A DNA stretch of 64,000 bases from the human T2T-CHM13v2.0 reference genome, Homo sapiens. The position numbers and the translations under genes were made by a program. A model generated the notes under the pieces. It saw only the letters and a list, made by a program, of their open reading frames with translations. It did no database searches and had not been told where the DNA came from. This document shows positions 26,452 through 41,291 of this stretch, piece after piece (position 1 is the first letter of the stretch; each line of letters begins with the position of its first letter). Where the stretch lies: NCBI RefSeq assembly GCF_009914755.1, contig NC_060929.1; one strand, written 5' to 3'.

Positions 26452-27250
26452 TACAATATGCATGAATTTCAAATGTATTATGCTAAGTGAAAGGAGCCAG
26501 ACTTAAAAGGCTCTATACTCTATAATTTTATGTATTTGACATTCTGGAAAAGGCATAACTATAGTGACAGCAAGATCAGTGGTGGCCAGGATCTTGGGTT
26601 GGGCAGTGGAGTTAACTATAACATGGCACAGTGTCATTTTTAGGAGTGATGAAATGAGTCAAATTCTTGGATACAGTGGGGGTTATGTGACTGTATGTGC
26701 TTGTTAAACTTACAGAACTGTATATTAAAAAGGGTAAATTTGCCTTATGTAATTTATACTTTAATAAAAATGGAAATAACAGAAGTCATTATTGCAAGCG
26801 GTAAAAAATTTATGGAGTACCAAATGAAAAGATCTAGCAGGATTCCAAGAAGGAAAGAATTGAGAGATCAAAGAAGATATAATATTTGAAAAGATTATGC
26901 ATTTTCTGGGACTAGTGAAAGACAAAAATTAACAAATATAAGAGGGATAATATATGTAAATCAAGATAAATCAAGTGGACACTATATAGTGAAAGTACAG
27001 AACACTAAAAACACTAAAAACAAAGCAATCTTAAAAACAAGTGGAAAGGAAAGGCAAATAACTTGCAGAAATTACAATTAGAATAATTATGTAGTTTCCT
27101 CAACATAAATAATATGGAGAAAAAAGGAAAAATATCTTTAGAGTGCTGAAGAAAAATCAGTATCAACCAAAATTTCTGTATTTTTAATACCTATCTTCAA
27201 TAAAAATGGAAAAATTAAGTTATTTCTATATAATCAAAACATCTGGGAAT

Positions 27251-30200
27251 GGACTTCAAGATGGCCGACTAGAAGCATTTCATACTTGCCTCCTGCCCAA
27301 AGAAGAACCAAAATAGTGAATAATCACACTTTGAATGGATCATCCAAAGCAGAACACTGGAATTCAACAGGAAAGTGACAGAAAAACCTAAAGCAAGGAA
27401 GGAGAAAGAAGCGAGGCAGCCTTCTCAGCCAGGATTGTCTGGGAGTGGGGAATACAGGGAAAGGGTAAATGAGTGACCCCCTGCGGACTATGGTTCCACC
27501 ATGACTTCTGCAATCCTAGTCACGGGAAAGAACCTAGACCCTTACAGGCCCTGAAACTAGCATGGGGAGCTACTTGGAGACGGCATAATGGCACTGCTCC
27601 AGGGAAGGAATTGTGCTGGGTCCCACATTCCCCCTGAGTCATAGACAGCTACAGTAAGGCACCATTTTGAAAGCCCAGCCCACGACAGACTAAGCACTGT
27701 CCTGGGGCCCAGTGGCACCAGAGCTGAAGTGTGAGTGAGGCTTAGGCTGTTGCCACAGAGGCTGAAACATGAGTGCGGTGCATGTTTTCCACCCACCAAT
27801 TTAGGCTGCCATCATCGAAGGTGTCCCTGCCCTTCTCAGAGGCAGGGCTGCAGCACGGCCACTGCTTTGTCCAACTCCAGCATTCCGCTGGAGGCCTGGG
27901 GATTTCCCTGCTTCTGCCTAACATTGAAGGCACCTGTACACACAATTAGGGGGTCTGAGGACAAGCCTGCTTGGCCTGGCTTCAACCCCTCATGCCAGAG
28001 CATATAGTCTGGGAACCTGGGAACTGTCCAGTTCAATCCACCACTATTGGCACCTGAGCACTCTTCCCAGGGAGGCATGAGGTTGGGCCTACTCACCTGA
28101 TGATACAACCACTGCTGGTACCTACCTGCATGCGCCACATTTGGGCTGGAGACTAGCCCATCCAGCCCATTGCAGCCACCACCAACACCAGCATGCACCA
28201 CTTAGGACCCAGAGGGTTGTCCTGCCCCTGTGACTGACACTGCCCATCCCATGCTGGCTGCCTAGAGGCCTGAGAACCCCACTGCCTTCTTGGCCCACAA
28301 CTGCCACTACTGACATCCAAGCAAGCCACTTTGAGGCGCGAGGATCAGCCAGCCTGGACCTGCTGACTCTGGTGCCAACATAAGCTGCTCAGGGGCCCAA
28401 GGACAGGCCTCAGCCCACCACTGCCACCACTGGGGCCCAAAGACTGGCCCACTTGGCATCCTAGTACTCAGCAAAACTTCACCACAGCCTCCATTAATAA
28501 CCACACCCTATGTCACCAAGAAAATCAGATACCACTGACGCTATTTACAGCCAAAGAAATCATACAGAGTCTACACTCACGCATACACCCAGAATCAAAG
28601 CCAAGGTATGCCACCCAACCAACACCATAGATACATCTTCAAGAAAAAGTCCTCCCTTAAGAAAACAAATTCAAAAAATTGAAAGAAGTCTGTTATACCA
28701 GATGCACAGATATCAATGTAAATACACAGGAAACCTGAAAAAGCAAGGAAATATGATGCCTCCAATGGAACACAATAGTTCTTTAGCAAGAGACTCTAAT
28801 TGATAAATTTACAAAAGCCCAGAAAAAAATGGCTGAATGGATTAAAACAAAAACAAAAAACATGACTCAACTAGATGTTGCCTACAAGAAACTCATCTCC
28901 TATATAAAGACATATATAGACTGTAAGTAAGGGGATGGAAAAAGATATTCCAAAAAAATGTGAACCAAAAGCAAGCAGGAATAGCTATATATAGATTAAA
29001 CAGACTTAAAGCCAAAAACAGTAAAAAGAGACAAAGAAGGTCAAATTTTTATTATAAAAACATCATTCAGCCAGCCTACATAAAAATAGTAAATAGGTCA
29101 GATGCAGTGCCTCATGCTTATAATTCCAGCACTTCGGGAGGGTCAAGGCAGGAGGATCACTTGAAGCCAGGAGTTTGAGACCAGCCTCATCAATACAGTG
29201 AGACCCAGTCTCTAAATAATTTTTTAAATAGTAAATATATATGCACTCAACACTGGAGCACCCAGATATATAAAACAAATGTTATTAAATTTAAAGGGAG
29301 ATATAGACTCCAATACAATAATTGTTGGAGACTTCAACACCCCACTCTCTGCATTAGACAGATAATCTAGACAGAAAATTAACGCATTAGACCAAATGCC
29401 CTAACAGGCATTTACAGAACATTTTGCTCAGCAGCTACAGAATACACATATTTTTATCAGCACATGGAACATTCTTCAGGATAGACCATATGTGAAGACA
29501 CAAAACAAGTCTCAACAAATTTTTAAAAATTGAAATAATATCAAGTATCTTCTCAGACCACAATGGAATAAAACTAGTCGTCTATAACAAGGGGAACTTT
29601 TGAAACTGTACAAATAGATGGATGCTCCTGCATGACATTATGACATTGGGTCAATGAAGAAATTAGCAAGAACATTTTTTTAAAAATTATTGAAACAAAT
29701 GAAAATGTAAACACAACATATCAAACCTGTGAGAAACAGCAAAAGCAGTGCTATAAGGGAAGTTTATAGCAGTAAATGCCTACATCAAAAAAGTAGGAAT
29801 ATACTTTTACTAAGACCCAAATTAACAACCTAATGATGTACCTCAACTAACTAAAAAAGCAAGAATAAACCAGGCACAAAATTAGTAGATGGCAATAAAT
29901 AATAAAAATCAGAGCAGAACTAAATGAAATAAAGACTAAAAAAGTAATATAAAAATTTATAAAATAAAAAATTGTTTTTTTGAAAAGAGTAAATAAAATC
30001 AATGAATCACTGCCTGGAGTAACCAATAAAAGAGAGAGAAGACCCATATAAACACAATCGGAAATGAAAAAGAAGGCTTTACAACTGATCCCGCAGCAAT
30101 ACAAAAGATCATGAGACTATTATGAGCAACTATACATCAACAAACTAGAAAACCTAGACAAAATGGATAAATTCCTAGACACACACGACCTTCCAAGATT

Positions 30201-33041
30201 GAATCAGGAAGACATAGAAAACCTGAAGAGACCAATAACAAATAAAAAAGTTGAAGCAGTAATACAATGTCTCCCAACAAAGAGAAGTTCAGAACCAGAC
30301 GGCTTCACTGTCAAATTCTATTAAACTTTAAAGAAGGACTAACATCCAGTATCCTCAAACTATTCCAAAAAATCCAACAGAAGGGTCTTTTCCCTAACTC
30401 ATTCTATAGGGCAAGAATTAACCTGATGGCAAAACCAGACTCAACAAAAAAGAAAACTACACACCAAACTCTCTTTATGCACATAGATGCAAAAATTCTC
30501 CCCAAAATACTAGCAAACTGATTCCAACAGCACATAAAAAAATAATATACCATGATCAAGAGGGATGTGTCTCGAGGATGGTTCAACATATAAAAATCAA
30601 TAAACATGATACATCACATTAACAAAATGAAGCAGAAAATTAATACGGTTGATTACATACAATCTCAATTGGTGCAGAAAAAGCATTTGATAGAATTTAA
30701 CATCCCTTCATGATAAAAACTTGCAACAAACTAGGCATAGAAGGAACATACCTCAACATAAAAAAGGCCATATGTGACAAATCTACAACTAACATTGTAT
30801 AGGATGGGGAAAAGCTGAAAGCCATTTCTCTGAGAACTGGAATAAGATGAGGATGCTAACTTTCACCACTCCTATTCAACATAGTAATGAAAATCCTAGC
30901 CAGCATAATCAGGCAAGAAGAAGAAGTAAAATACATCCAAATTTGAAAAAGGAAGCGAAATTTACTTTTTGCTGATGATATGATCATACATCTAGTAAAA
31001 CCTAAAGACTCCACCAAAAAACTTAGATCTGATTAATACTTTCAGTAAAGTTGCAAGATACAAAATCAACATACAAAAATCTGTAGCATTTCTATATACC
31101 TATAATGAACTAGCTGAGAAAGAAATCAAGAAGGCAATCCCATTTACAATAGCTACAAAAAAATACCTAAGAATAATTTTAACTAAAAAAGGTGAGCCAT
31201 CGCTACAAGAAAAACTAAAAAAGCACTCACTGATGGAAGAAATTGAAGAGGAAACAAATGGAAAGACATTCCATGCTCATGGATTGTAAGAATTAACATC
31301 ATTTAAGTGATTATAGTGCTCAAAGCAATCTACAGATTTAATGCAATTCCTATCAAATTATTTATGTCATTTTTCACAGACTTAGAAAAAGGTAATCCTA
31401 AAATTTGTATTGATCCAAACAAGAGCCCGAATAGCCAAAGCAATCCTGAGCAAAAGAGAACAAAGCTGGAAGTGTCACACTACCTGATTTCAAAATATAT
31501 TACAAGGCTGTAATAACCAAAACAGCATGGTATTGGTATAAAAACAGACAAATAGACCGAAGTAACAGAATAGACAATCAAGAGATAAATCTATGTATTT
31601 ATAGTCAACTGATCTTCAACCAACTCACTTAGGACATACATTGGGGAAAGGACAACCTCTTCAATAAATGGTTCTGGGAAAACTGTGTAACAATTTGCAG
31701 AAGTATGAAATTACACCCTTATCTCTCACTGTATGCAAAAGTCAACTCAAGACAGATTAAGGACTTAAATGTAAGACCCCAAACTATAAAACTGCTAGAA
31801 GAAAACATTAGGGAAAACACTTCAGGACATTGGTCTAGGCAAAGATTTTATAGCTAAGACCCCAAAACCATAGACAACAGAAACAAAAATAGACAAATGG
31901 GATTATATTAAACTTAAAAGCGTCTGCACAGCAAAGCAATCAACAGAATAAAGAGACAACTCGTTGAACAGAAGAGAATATCTGCAAACTATTTATCCAA
32001 CACGGAACTAATATCCAGAATATGCTAGGAACTCAAACAACTCCATTTTTAAAACTAAATAGTCCATTAAAAAGTGGGTAAAGGACATCAGTAAACATTT
32101 CTCAAAAGATGACATACAAATGGCCAACAAGTTTAAAAAAGTTGTTCAACATTCCTAATTATCAAGGAAATGAACATCAAAACCACAATGAGATATCATC
32201 TTACTAGAATGGTTATTATAAAAAAGACAAAAAATAATAGATGCAGGTGAAGATGTGGAAAAAAAGAAAACTCTTTTACACTGTTGGTGGGAATGTAAAT
32301 GAGTACATTCATTATGTAAAACAGTATAGAGATTTCTCAAAAAATAAAAAACAGAGCTACTATTTGATCCAGTAATCCTACTTTGGGTATTTATTTAAAG
32401 GAAAGGGAATCAGTATATCAAACGAATATCTGCACCTTTATGTTTATTATAGCACTATTCACAATAGCAAAGATATGGAATCAGCCTAACTGTCCATCAG
32501 TGGATGAATGAATAAAGAAAATATGGTATATATACACAATGGAATACTATTTGGCCATAAAAAGGGATGAAATCATGTCATTTGCAGCAACATGAGTGGA
32601 ACTGGAGGTCATTATGTTAAATGAAATAAACCAGGCACAGAAAGACAAATATTGCATATTCTCACCCATATGTGGGAGCTATAAAAGTTGATCTCATGGA
32701 GATAAAGAATAGAATGATAGCTACCAGAGGCTGGGAAGTACATGTGGGTGGGAAGGAGGGTGATCAAGAGTGATTGGTAAATGGGTACAAACATACAGTG
32801 AGTTGGAATAAATAAGTTCTGATTTTCAATAGCAGAGTAGGATGACTATAGTTAGCACAATGAATGTATTGTGTATTTCAGAGTAGCTGCAAGAGAGGAC
32901 TTGAAATGTTTGTGACACAGAAATGATACTCAAGGAGATGGATACCCAAATACTTTTACTTGATCATTACATATTCTATGCATGTAACAAATACTCACAT
33001 GTACCCCATGAATAAGTAAATTATTATGGGGTCAATAAAAA
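27251..33041 (+). mobile_element. Near full-length L1MA (L1MA4-like) with 5'UTR, mostly deleted ORF1, decayed ORF2 and 3'UTR
   Basis: 5' end ggacttcaagatggccgactaga. ORF2 remnants (DAKILPKILAN, ttttgctgatgatatgat = FADDM, IYRFNAIPIK). L1MA-type 3'UTR ending gtcaataaaaa. tgggaatg on both flanks (27244-27251, 33042-33049). Confidence 0.9.
29096..29216 (+). mobile_element. Alu monomer (FLAM-like) inserted in the L1
   Basis: Left arm only; TSD aaatagtaaata on both sides. Confidence 0.85.
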
Positions 33042-33529
33042 TGGGAATGTTTACCACAAGACTTGACTAAATTAACTTTATTATGTGTACTTAAAGAAGA
33101 AGAAAGTGGCCTTGGAATGACAGTCTGAGATACAAGAAAGAATATGAGTAAAGAAATTGGTAAAACATATAGACAAATTTAAACAAAAACATTCTGCCTT
33201 TAATAATAATAGCATTTTAATTTTATGGTTTGAAAAGGAACGAAATAAAATACCTGACAACAATAGCCTGTCATTTAGGAGCAGGGGATCTTAGTCACAC
33301 ATTGTTGTACTTGCCTTTTTATATATGCATCTTTGTTGCAAATACACTCAAGATGAAAAGTGCAAGAAACTGTGTATATTTGGTTTTCAGGTGGGATAGC
33401 ATCTGGGAGATTATGGAGAGATGTGTTGAAGCCACTGCCTTTGTGGAAGCTTCTACCTATGCAGGCCAGGAGACAAGGGCTTGGTGGTGTGCTTGGGGGT
33501 GGAATTGAACAGTGACTCTGTGGAATTGA

Positions 33530-33886
33530 ACAGCTTGACTCTGTGTCCCCACCCAAATCTCATCTCGAATTATAATCCCCATAATCCCCATATGTCGAGG
33601 AAAGAACCCAGTGGAGTTGATTGGATCATAGAGGTGGGTTCCCCCATGTTGTTCTTGTAATAGTGAGTGAGTTCTCATGAGATCTGATGGTTTTATAGGG
33701 CAGTTTTCCCTGCTTTTGCTCTCTCTCGCCTGCTGCCGTGTAAGATGTGCCTGCTTTCCCTTCTGCCATGATTGTAAGTTTCCTGAGGCATGCAAATCTG
33801 TGAGTCAATTAAACCTCTTTTCTTTATAAATTAAATTACCCAGGCTCAGGTATGTCTTTATAGCAGTGTGAAAATGGACTAATACA
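33530..33886 (+). mobile_element. THE1-family solo LTR (THE1D-like)
   Basis: ctctgtgtccccacccaaatctcatctcgaattataatccccataatcccca...caattaaacctctttt...ggactaataca. Confidence 0.9.
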
Positions 33887-34109
33887 AACAATGAAGCCAG
33901 CAGTTGATACGAGCTCAGAGTAGGAAAGTAAGGATCGTCTGTGACCCACTGAATATGTTTGTGTCTGTCCATTACCATGTCTGACTGCTACGACTTTCTG
34001 AGAGTAATAACTTCTGTGTGGTGCTTGTTTTCCAAATGCTGCACAATTTCTTTCATTGGCCAATTCTAACCCTATAGAGAGAGGGATTCTGGGATGTGTT
34101 GTTTTCACT

Positions 34110-34668
34110 CTGTGTGGGGGTCCCCAAGACTATTCCAGGTGTGAGGATTTGGCTAGCAGGACTCACATGACTCAGCATACAGTCATACTCATGGCTATGA
34201 TTTATTACAGTGAAAGGATTCAAAGCAAAACAAGCAAAAGGAAAGGGCACAATGAGTGAAGTCCAGAGGAAACCAGGTACAAACTTCCAAGAATTCTTCT
34301 CCTGTAGAGTCGCACACATACTTAATTCCTCCAGCAACAGTTTATGACAGCATGTTTGAAATGTTGTTTCCTAAGTCTGCGTGTTAAAGACTTAGTACCC
34401 AAGGTTTTTATTGAGGGCTGGTCACATAAGTACCCTCTGCCCAGCATGAGCCAACATTCCAGACTTCCAGGGTAAAGCAGATGTTCAGCGTAAATCATAT
34501 TGTTTGTACAAACAGTCTAGGCACAGCAAGCCACTCTTATCAGTTCTGGGAATGGTGGAAATCCTCTCAAAATCCAAGTCCCCAGACACCAACCCAAAGC
34601 CAACTTTTCAAGCAGGATTTTTTAAGGCAGCAGTTTCAGGTCTGCTGTGTTAACTATTTTCTGCACAG
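34110..34668. mobile_element. MER21-family LTR
   Basis: ggggtccccaagacta...ggactcacatgactcagcatacagtcatactcatggctatgatttattacagtgaaagga. Confidence 0.75.
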
Positions 34669-35678
34669 GGCCTTAGACCTGGTGCTTTACTGTCCAAGTC
34701 GAAACAGACAATCCAGCACATGGTGCTAATAAAAAGAGAGATTGGGTGCCTAGTGGCCAAAAATACCAAATCTCCAATACAGAGGTGATTATTATGTTCA
34801 CTACAATTTGAGAGCATTAGGTAGATGCCACATTTTCTTCTGTGGGTTTGGAGGTATACATCATGTTCAGGAGAAAATTTCTCTGTTCTTATAAGTACCC
34901 ACCTGGTAAGCTGGGAAATGAAATTTACACATATTGCTTTAAAAGTTGAAGTAACCAAATATTTAGCAGTTATGCCTATCTCAGCTATATGCTTTTCATT
35001 TTGTTGTGACAGAGCTAATCCCCTTCATTGCAGGGTGGTGTTGGTAATCCACACATATATCTGAGTTTCACACACTTTCAGCCAAAACAAGTAGTTGGGA
35101 CTGAGGCTTTAAGTCCCAGTAATGTTGATGCTAACTTAGTAATGTTATGAGAAATTATGACTCACCTTTTAAAATACTTTCTTCTTTCACTGATAATAGT
35201 GCAACTAATCCAAAAATGCCTGGTGAAAATGTGAATAAGTATTATATTTTTTTACTTTTCAAATTTAATCCGTTTTAAACTATGTAAAGAAATACCAGAT
35301 TCTTTGATAAACATGATCACAATTGGCCATTTGTTGTGTTGGAACTCTGCCTTTGTAATGTCTCTGACAAGTAATTTTTTTTTCATAATTGTATATTCCT
35401 GGTGAACTTCATTTGGTTGGAAATTGCCTTTCATTTAATTTCCTTTTTTAAAAAAGGAAACTGGAAATTATCCTTTAAAATGTTTTTGAAGCAACATTGC
35501 CACATAAAAAAGTACTTAAAAATTAGCTTACACAGTGAAAACAGCTGTAGAAGTATCAAAATAATGTAACCAAGAAGAAGGAATTTCATTTCATTCTCTT
35601 TTAATTTGGCTTATATTTGTAATGACTAATTTCACATGACAAAATACACTGCAATAAGTAATTTAATAACCTGTAATT

Positions 35679-35980
35679 GGCCAGGTGCGGTGGCTCACAC
35701 CTGTAATCCCAGCACTTTGGGAGGCCGAGGCGGGCGGATCATGAGGTCAGGATATCAAGACCATCCTGGCTAACACGGTGAAACCCCGTCTCTACTAAAA
35801 ATACAAAAAATTAGCCAGGCGTGGTGGCGGGCGCCTGTAGTCCCAGCTACTCAGGAGGCTGAGGCAGGAGAATGGTGTAAACCCGGGAGACGGAGTTTGC
35901 CGTAAGCCGGGATTGCACCACTGCACTCCAGCCTAGGTGACAGAGCGAGACTCCATCTCAAAAAAACAAAAACAAAAAAA
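35679..35980 (+). mobile_element. AluY
   Basis: accatcctggctaacacggtgaaacccc and gagaatggtgt; TSD aacctgtaatt. Confidence 0.93.
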
Positions 35981-37116
35981 CCTGTAATTAGAGTCATAAT
36001 GTCAAATGCTTGTGATACAGGTACCTGGAAGTTAAAAAGATATTGGGACATCTGAATCCAACACTTCAATGGAAAGGCTACCATGAAAGACCTTCTGATA
36101 TACAAAATATCTAGTAATGCAGGAAAACACATAATAAGCATTTCTTTGAATGTATGGTTGATATCATAAGAAAGGAAGGGAAATCCCCCGGGGCTGAAAG
36201 ACTGGCTTCTAGGGAGAAGAATGGAAACCAGAATGGTTAGCTGCAGCGTACATGATGACTTCCCAGGGTCTTTTGACAATGTTGACGTTCAAGAGACTTG
36301 TGTTTTAAAGGTAGTTGGGGAAACATAAGATTTTGGGTCTATGCAAAGGTGGGAAATTGAAAGTAAGACTTCTCTCACAGATAGAGCCTAAGATCTGGAG
36401 GGACTGTATCTTCAGGAAAAAGGTGAATTAGAATAAATTATCATTCCAGCCAAGGGACATGTTGAGGTTCCCCTTTCTGTCCAGTTTTGGACTCTGAGTG
36501 TAGAAAGAAAGGCTCCCTTGAGGATTCAAGCATACTGTTGCGGAGTTTTAAAGTTCTCATCTACACTTACTGGCAAAGTCTGGGAAATTCCAAGTAAATA
36601 TATTTTCTTAAAGTCCTGCATTAGTATAACTGGGACACCCAAAAATTGCAGAGATAAATCTCTGGAAAATGCACCCTCGTGCCAGACATCACAGGATTTC
36701 TTCAGAAAAGGCCCACCCAAAGGTGAGCAAGAATCAGCAGAATCACAAAAGAGGAGAATGATACTCCCCACCAAGAATTTCAGATAATAAAATTATTACA
36801 TACATAATACAAATAATGATGTTAAAATGTTTAAGAGAATAAAAGACGGACTAAAAAACTATGAATACAAAACCAGCAATTGAAAAGGATCAGATGGATT
36901 TGGGAAGTAATCAAGTAGGCATTAGGAAAAATATATAAGATTAAAAACCCAATGGATAGGTACTTTAAAATCTACCTGCAATAACAATATCTATCGTAAA
37001 TGTTTTATTTATATTTACTTCTATTTTTTTGAGACAGGGTCTTACTCTGCTGCCTAGGCTGGTCAAGTGCTGGGTTTAAATAGTTTTATAAGTAAATTGT
37101 ATCAAAATGTATAAGA

Positions 37117-37305
37117 GGCCGGGTGTGGTGGCTCATGCCTGTAGCACTTTGGGAGGCCAAGGCAGGAGGACCGTTTGAGGCCAGGAGTTAGAAGTCAGCC
37201 CAGTTAATGTAATGAGACACTGTAAAAAAAAAAAAAAAAGTTAGCTGGATGTGGTGGTGCATGCCTGTATTTCCAGCTGCTGGGGAGGCTGAAGCAGGAG
37301 GATTG
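37117..37305 (+). mobile_element. 3'-truncated AluJ
   Basis: Left arm plus part of the right arm with J-type wording. Confidence 0.8.
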
Positions 37306-37419
37306 TTCGTTGGTAGAGAGGTTTGGACCAGTCACTAAATGGCCCGGAGAAACTATTTATCTGCTTATTCACACTGGGGTGAGGGAGGGAGGAAGATCTA
37401 CATTTCTGGGTGGTTCAAA

Positions 37420-38370
<951 letters not shown>

Positions 38371-38757
38371 ATAATTATTTTTTAAAAAGTGACTGATGGA
38401 GACAGAAAACTGTTGTACTATTATTATAAATAAAAAAATAAACATTCAATCAAATTTATCTTCCAATACTAAGAAAGGTTAGGGGCAGTTTATGATAAAC
38501 AAGAAACCATCATTAATATAAGGTCACAGCTTAATTTCACAAGAGTATTGCCTTTCTTGTTCACCCACTTTATACATCATATGTGACTCTGAATGGTTTT
38601 TGCCCGTTTGCAAAACTAAAATCCACTTTCAAAGGGTAAGCATTTATTATATTTCAGTAATGAAGATATTAAAAATCAATTTTCCCTAAGTACTAAAGGC
38701 AAATTTGAAGATACAATCTCTCTGCACCCCCTTTTTTGGCATAATAAGAAATCCTAA

Positions 38758-39700
38758 TAATTTTTATTGATATGTAATATTTGTACATATTCATGGGGTA
38801 CATGTGATATCTTGATACATGCATAGAATGTGTAATGATCAGGTCAGGGTGTGTAGGCTATCCATCACCTTGAATGTTTATTTCTTTGTATTGGGAACAT
38901 TTCAAATCTTCTCTTTTGGTTATTTTGAAATATACGATGAATTATTATTAACTATAGTCACCCTACTGTGCTATTGAACATTAGGCATTCCTTCCAGCTA
39001 ATTGTATGTCTGTACCCATTCACCACCCTCTCTTCCTACCCTTCACCCGTCCCAACACACCCTTCCCGGCCTCTAGTATCTATCATTGTACTCTCTACCT
39101 CCATAAGATCAACTTTCCCAGCTCCCACATGAGTGAGAACATGCAGTATTTGTCTTTCTGTGCCTGGCTTGTTTCATTTAATATAATAACCTCCAGTTGC
39201 ATCCATGTTACCACGAATGGAAGGATTTTATTTCTCTTTTATGGCCGACTAGAGTTTCATTATGTATATATACCACATTTTCTTTATCCATTCATCCACT
39301 GATAGACACTTAGATTGATTCCATATATTTGCTATGGTGAATAGTGCTGTAATAAGCACAGGTGTGCACCATCCCTTTTGTTTTTTGTTTTGTTTTGTTT
39401 GTTTAGAGACGGGGTCTCTGTCGCTCAGGCTAGAATGCAGTGGGCGTGATCATAGCTCACTCCTGGGCTTTAGGGATCCGCTTGCCTCAGCCTTCCTGAG
39501 TAGTTGGGACTACAGGCATGCCCCACCATGCCCAGTTAACTTTATATTTTTTATTTTTAGTAGAGACATGGTCTTGCTATGTTGCCCAGGCTGGTCTAGA
39601 GTTCCTGGCTTCAAGCAATCCTCCTGCCTTGGCCTCCCAAGGTGCTGGGATTACAGGCATGAGCTGTAGCACCTGGCCAGGTATTCTTTTGATATGCTAA
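38758..39700 (-). mobile_element. L1MA 3' end, interrupted by an AluJ
   Basis: ttgtacatattcatggggtacatgtgata...gctcccacatgagtgagaacatgcagtatttgtctttctgtgcctggctt. Confidence 0.85.
39376..39678 (-). mobile_element. AluJ
   Basis: gatcatagctcac and ctatgttgcccaggctggtc...caagcaatcctcctgccttggcc. Confidence 0.88.
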
Positions 39701-39872
39701 TGAATCCTAATTTTATGGAAAATATTGAAATAGGTATACATCCCCTCATATTGACTGCTTTGGAGGGAACAATACTATTCTGGATATGTAAACTCAGATA
39801 TGTTTGCTGAACAGTCAATCATACCATGTTGTCATCATTTTTCTTCAGTTATTTTAAACTGTATAGCTCATA

Positions 39873-40032
39873 ATACCAAATTTATCTAACATTAATTAAA
39901 TGTATATATATTAAATGTATATATTAGATACCAAATTTATCTAACGTTAATTAAATGTATAATTAAATATATATTAATCTAACGTTAATTAAATGTTAAT
40001 TAAATGCATGTAACGTTAATTAAATGTATATA
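39873..40032. repeat. AT-rich imperfect tandem array of taac(a/g)ttaattaaatg units
   Basis: Four full and several partial copies, read directly. Confidence 0.85.
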
Positions 40033-40236
40033 ACTTCCTTTCTTAAAACTAGGCATTCGACCTCATTTAATATTATTTTTATTCTGATTGCCATCTGTAT
40101 CATAACAAAAAAGAACTAACAATTTTCCTAATTTCTGCCTTCCTTGTGTCTCACTGATAATTTTCAAGCTTTTGTTTGTTGCTTATTATTATTATTTAGT
40201 GAGATAAGGGAGAAGTGTGTATCATATATAAAATGA

Positions 40237-40699
<463 letters not shown>

Positions 40700-40888
40700 T
40701 AATTCAGTGATGCCTTTCTTGCTGTGGAATCAGGTGAGACTGGGCTTTAGCTGCCTCTACGTCTTTGTCTAACTTCTCCTGTGCTCTCCTGCTTCCTCAC
40801 TCCTTACAGGTTTCTCCTGAGAGCACATCCTTAACAAATCCCTTGCACAAGAATTCCTGTCTGGAGCTCTGCTTCTAAGGAACCGGAC

Positions 40889-41291
40889 TGTTGTGGACTG
40901 ATTGCTTGTGCTCACCACACCTCCAAGTTTCATATGTTGAAACACAATCCTTAATGTGATGGTATTTGGAGGTTGGGTCTTTGAGAGGTTGGACCTTTGG
41001 GGACTTAGGGATTGTATTGGGAGGTTGAGTCTTTGATAGTGAAACCCTCATGGGTGGGATTAGTGTCTTTATAAGAAGAGGCCAGAGAGCTAGCTCACTC
41101 TCTGCTGTAGAGTGAAGACAAGAACTAGGCAGTCTGCATTCCGGAAGAGGGCCCTCCCCAGAATCTGACCATGCTGGCACCCTAATCTTGGGCTTCCCAC
41201 CCTCTCCAGAACTGTACTAAACACATTTCTATTGTTTATAAGCCACCCAGTCTGTGGTACTTTGTTATAGCAGTCCAAATGGATGAAAACA
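40889..41291 (+). mobile_element. MLT1A-like MaLR solo LTR
   Basis: tgttgtggactgattg...ttcatatgttgaaac...tttctattgtttataagccacccagtctgtggtactttgttatagcagtccaaatggatgaaaaca. Confidence 0.8.

Noticed and set aside
28510-32794. ORFs with reverse transcriptase/endonuclease-like peptides
   Set aside because: Frameshifted remnants of an old L1; not retrotransposition-competent and not a novel RT system.
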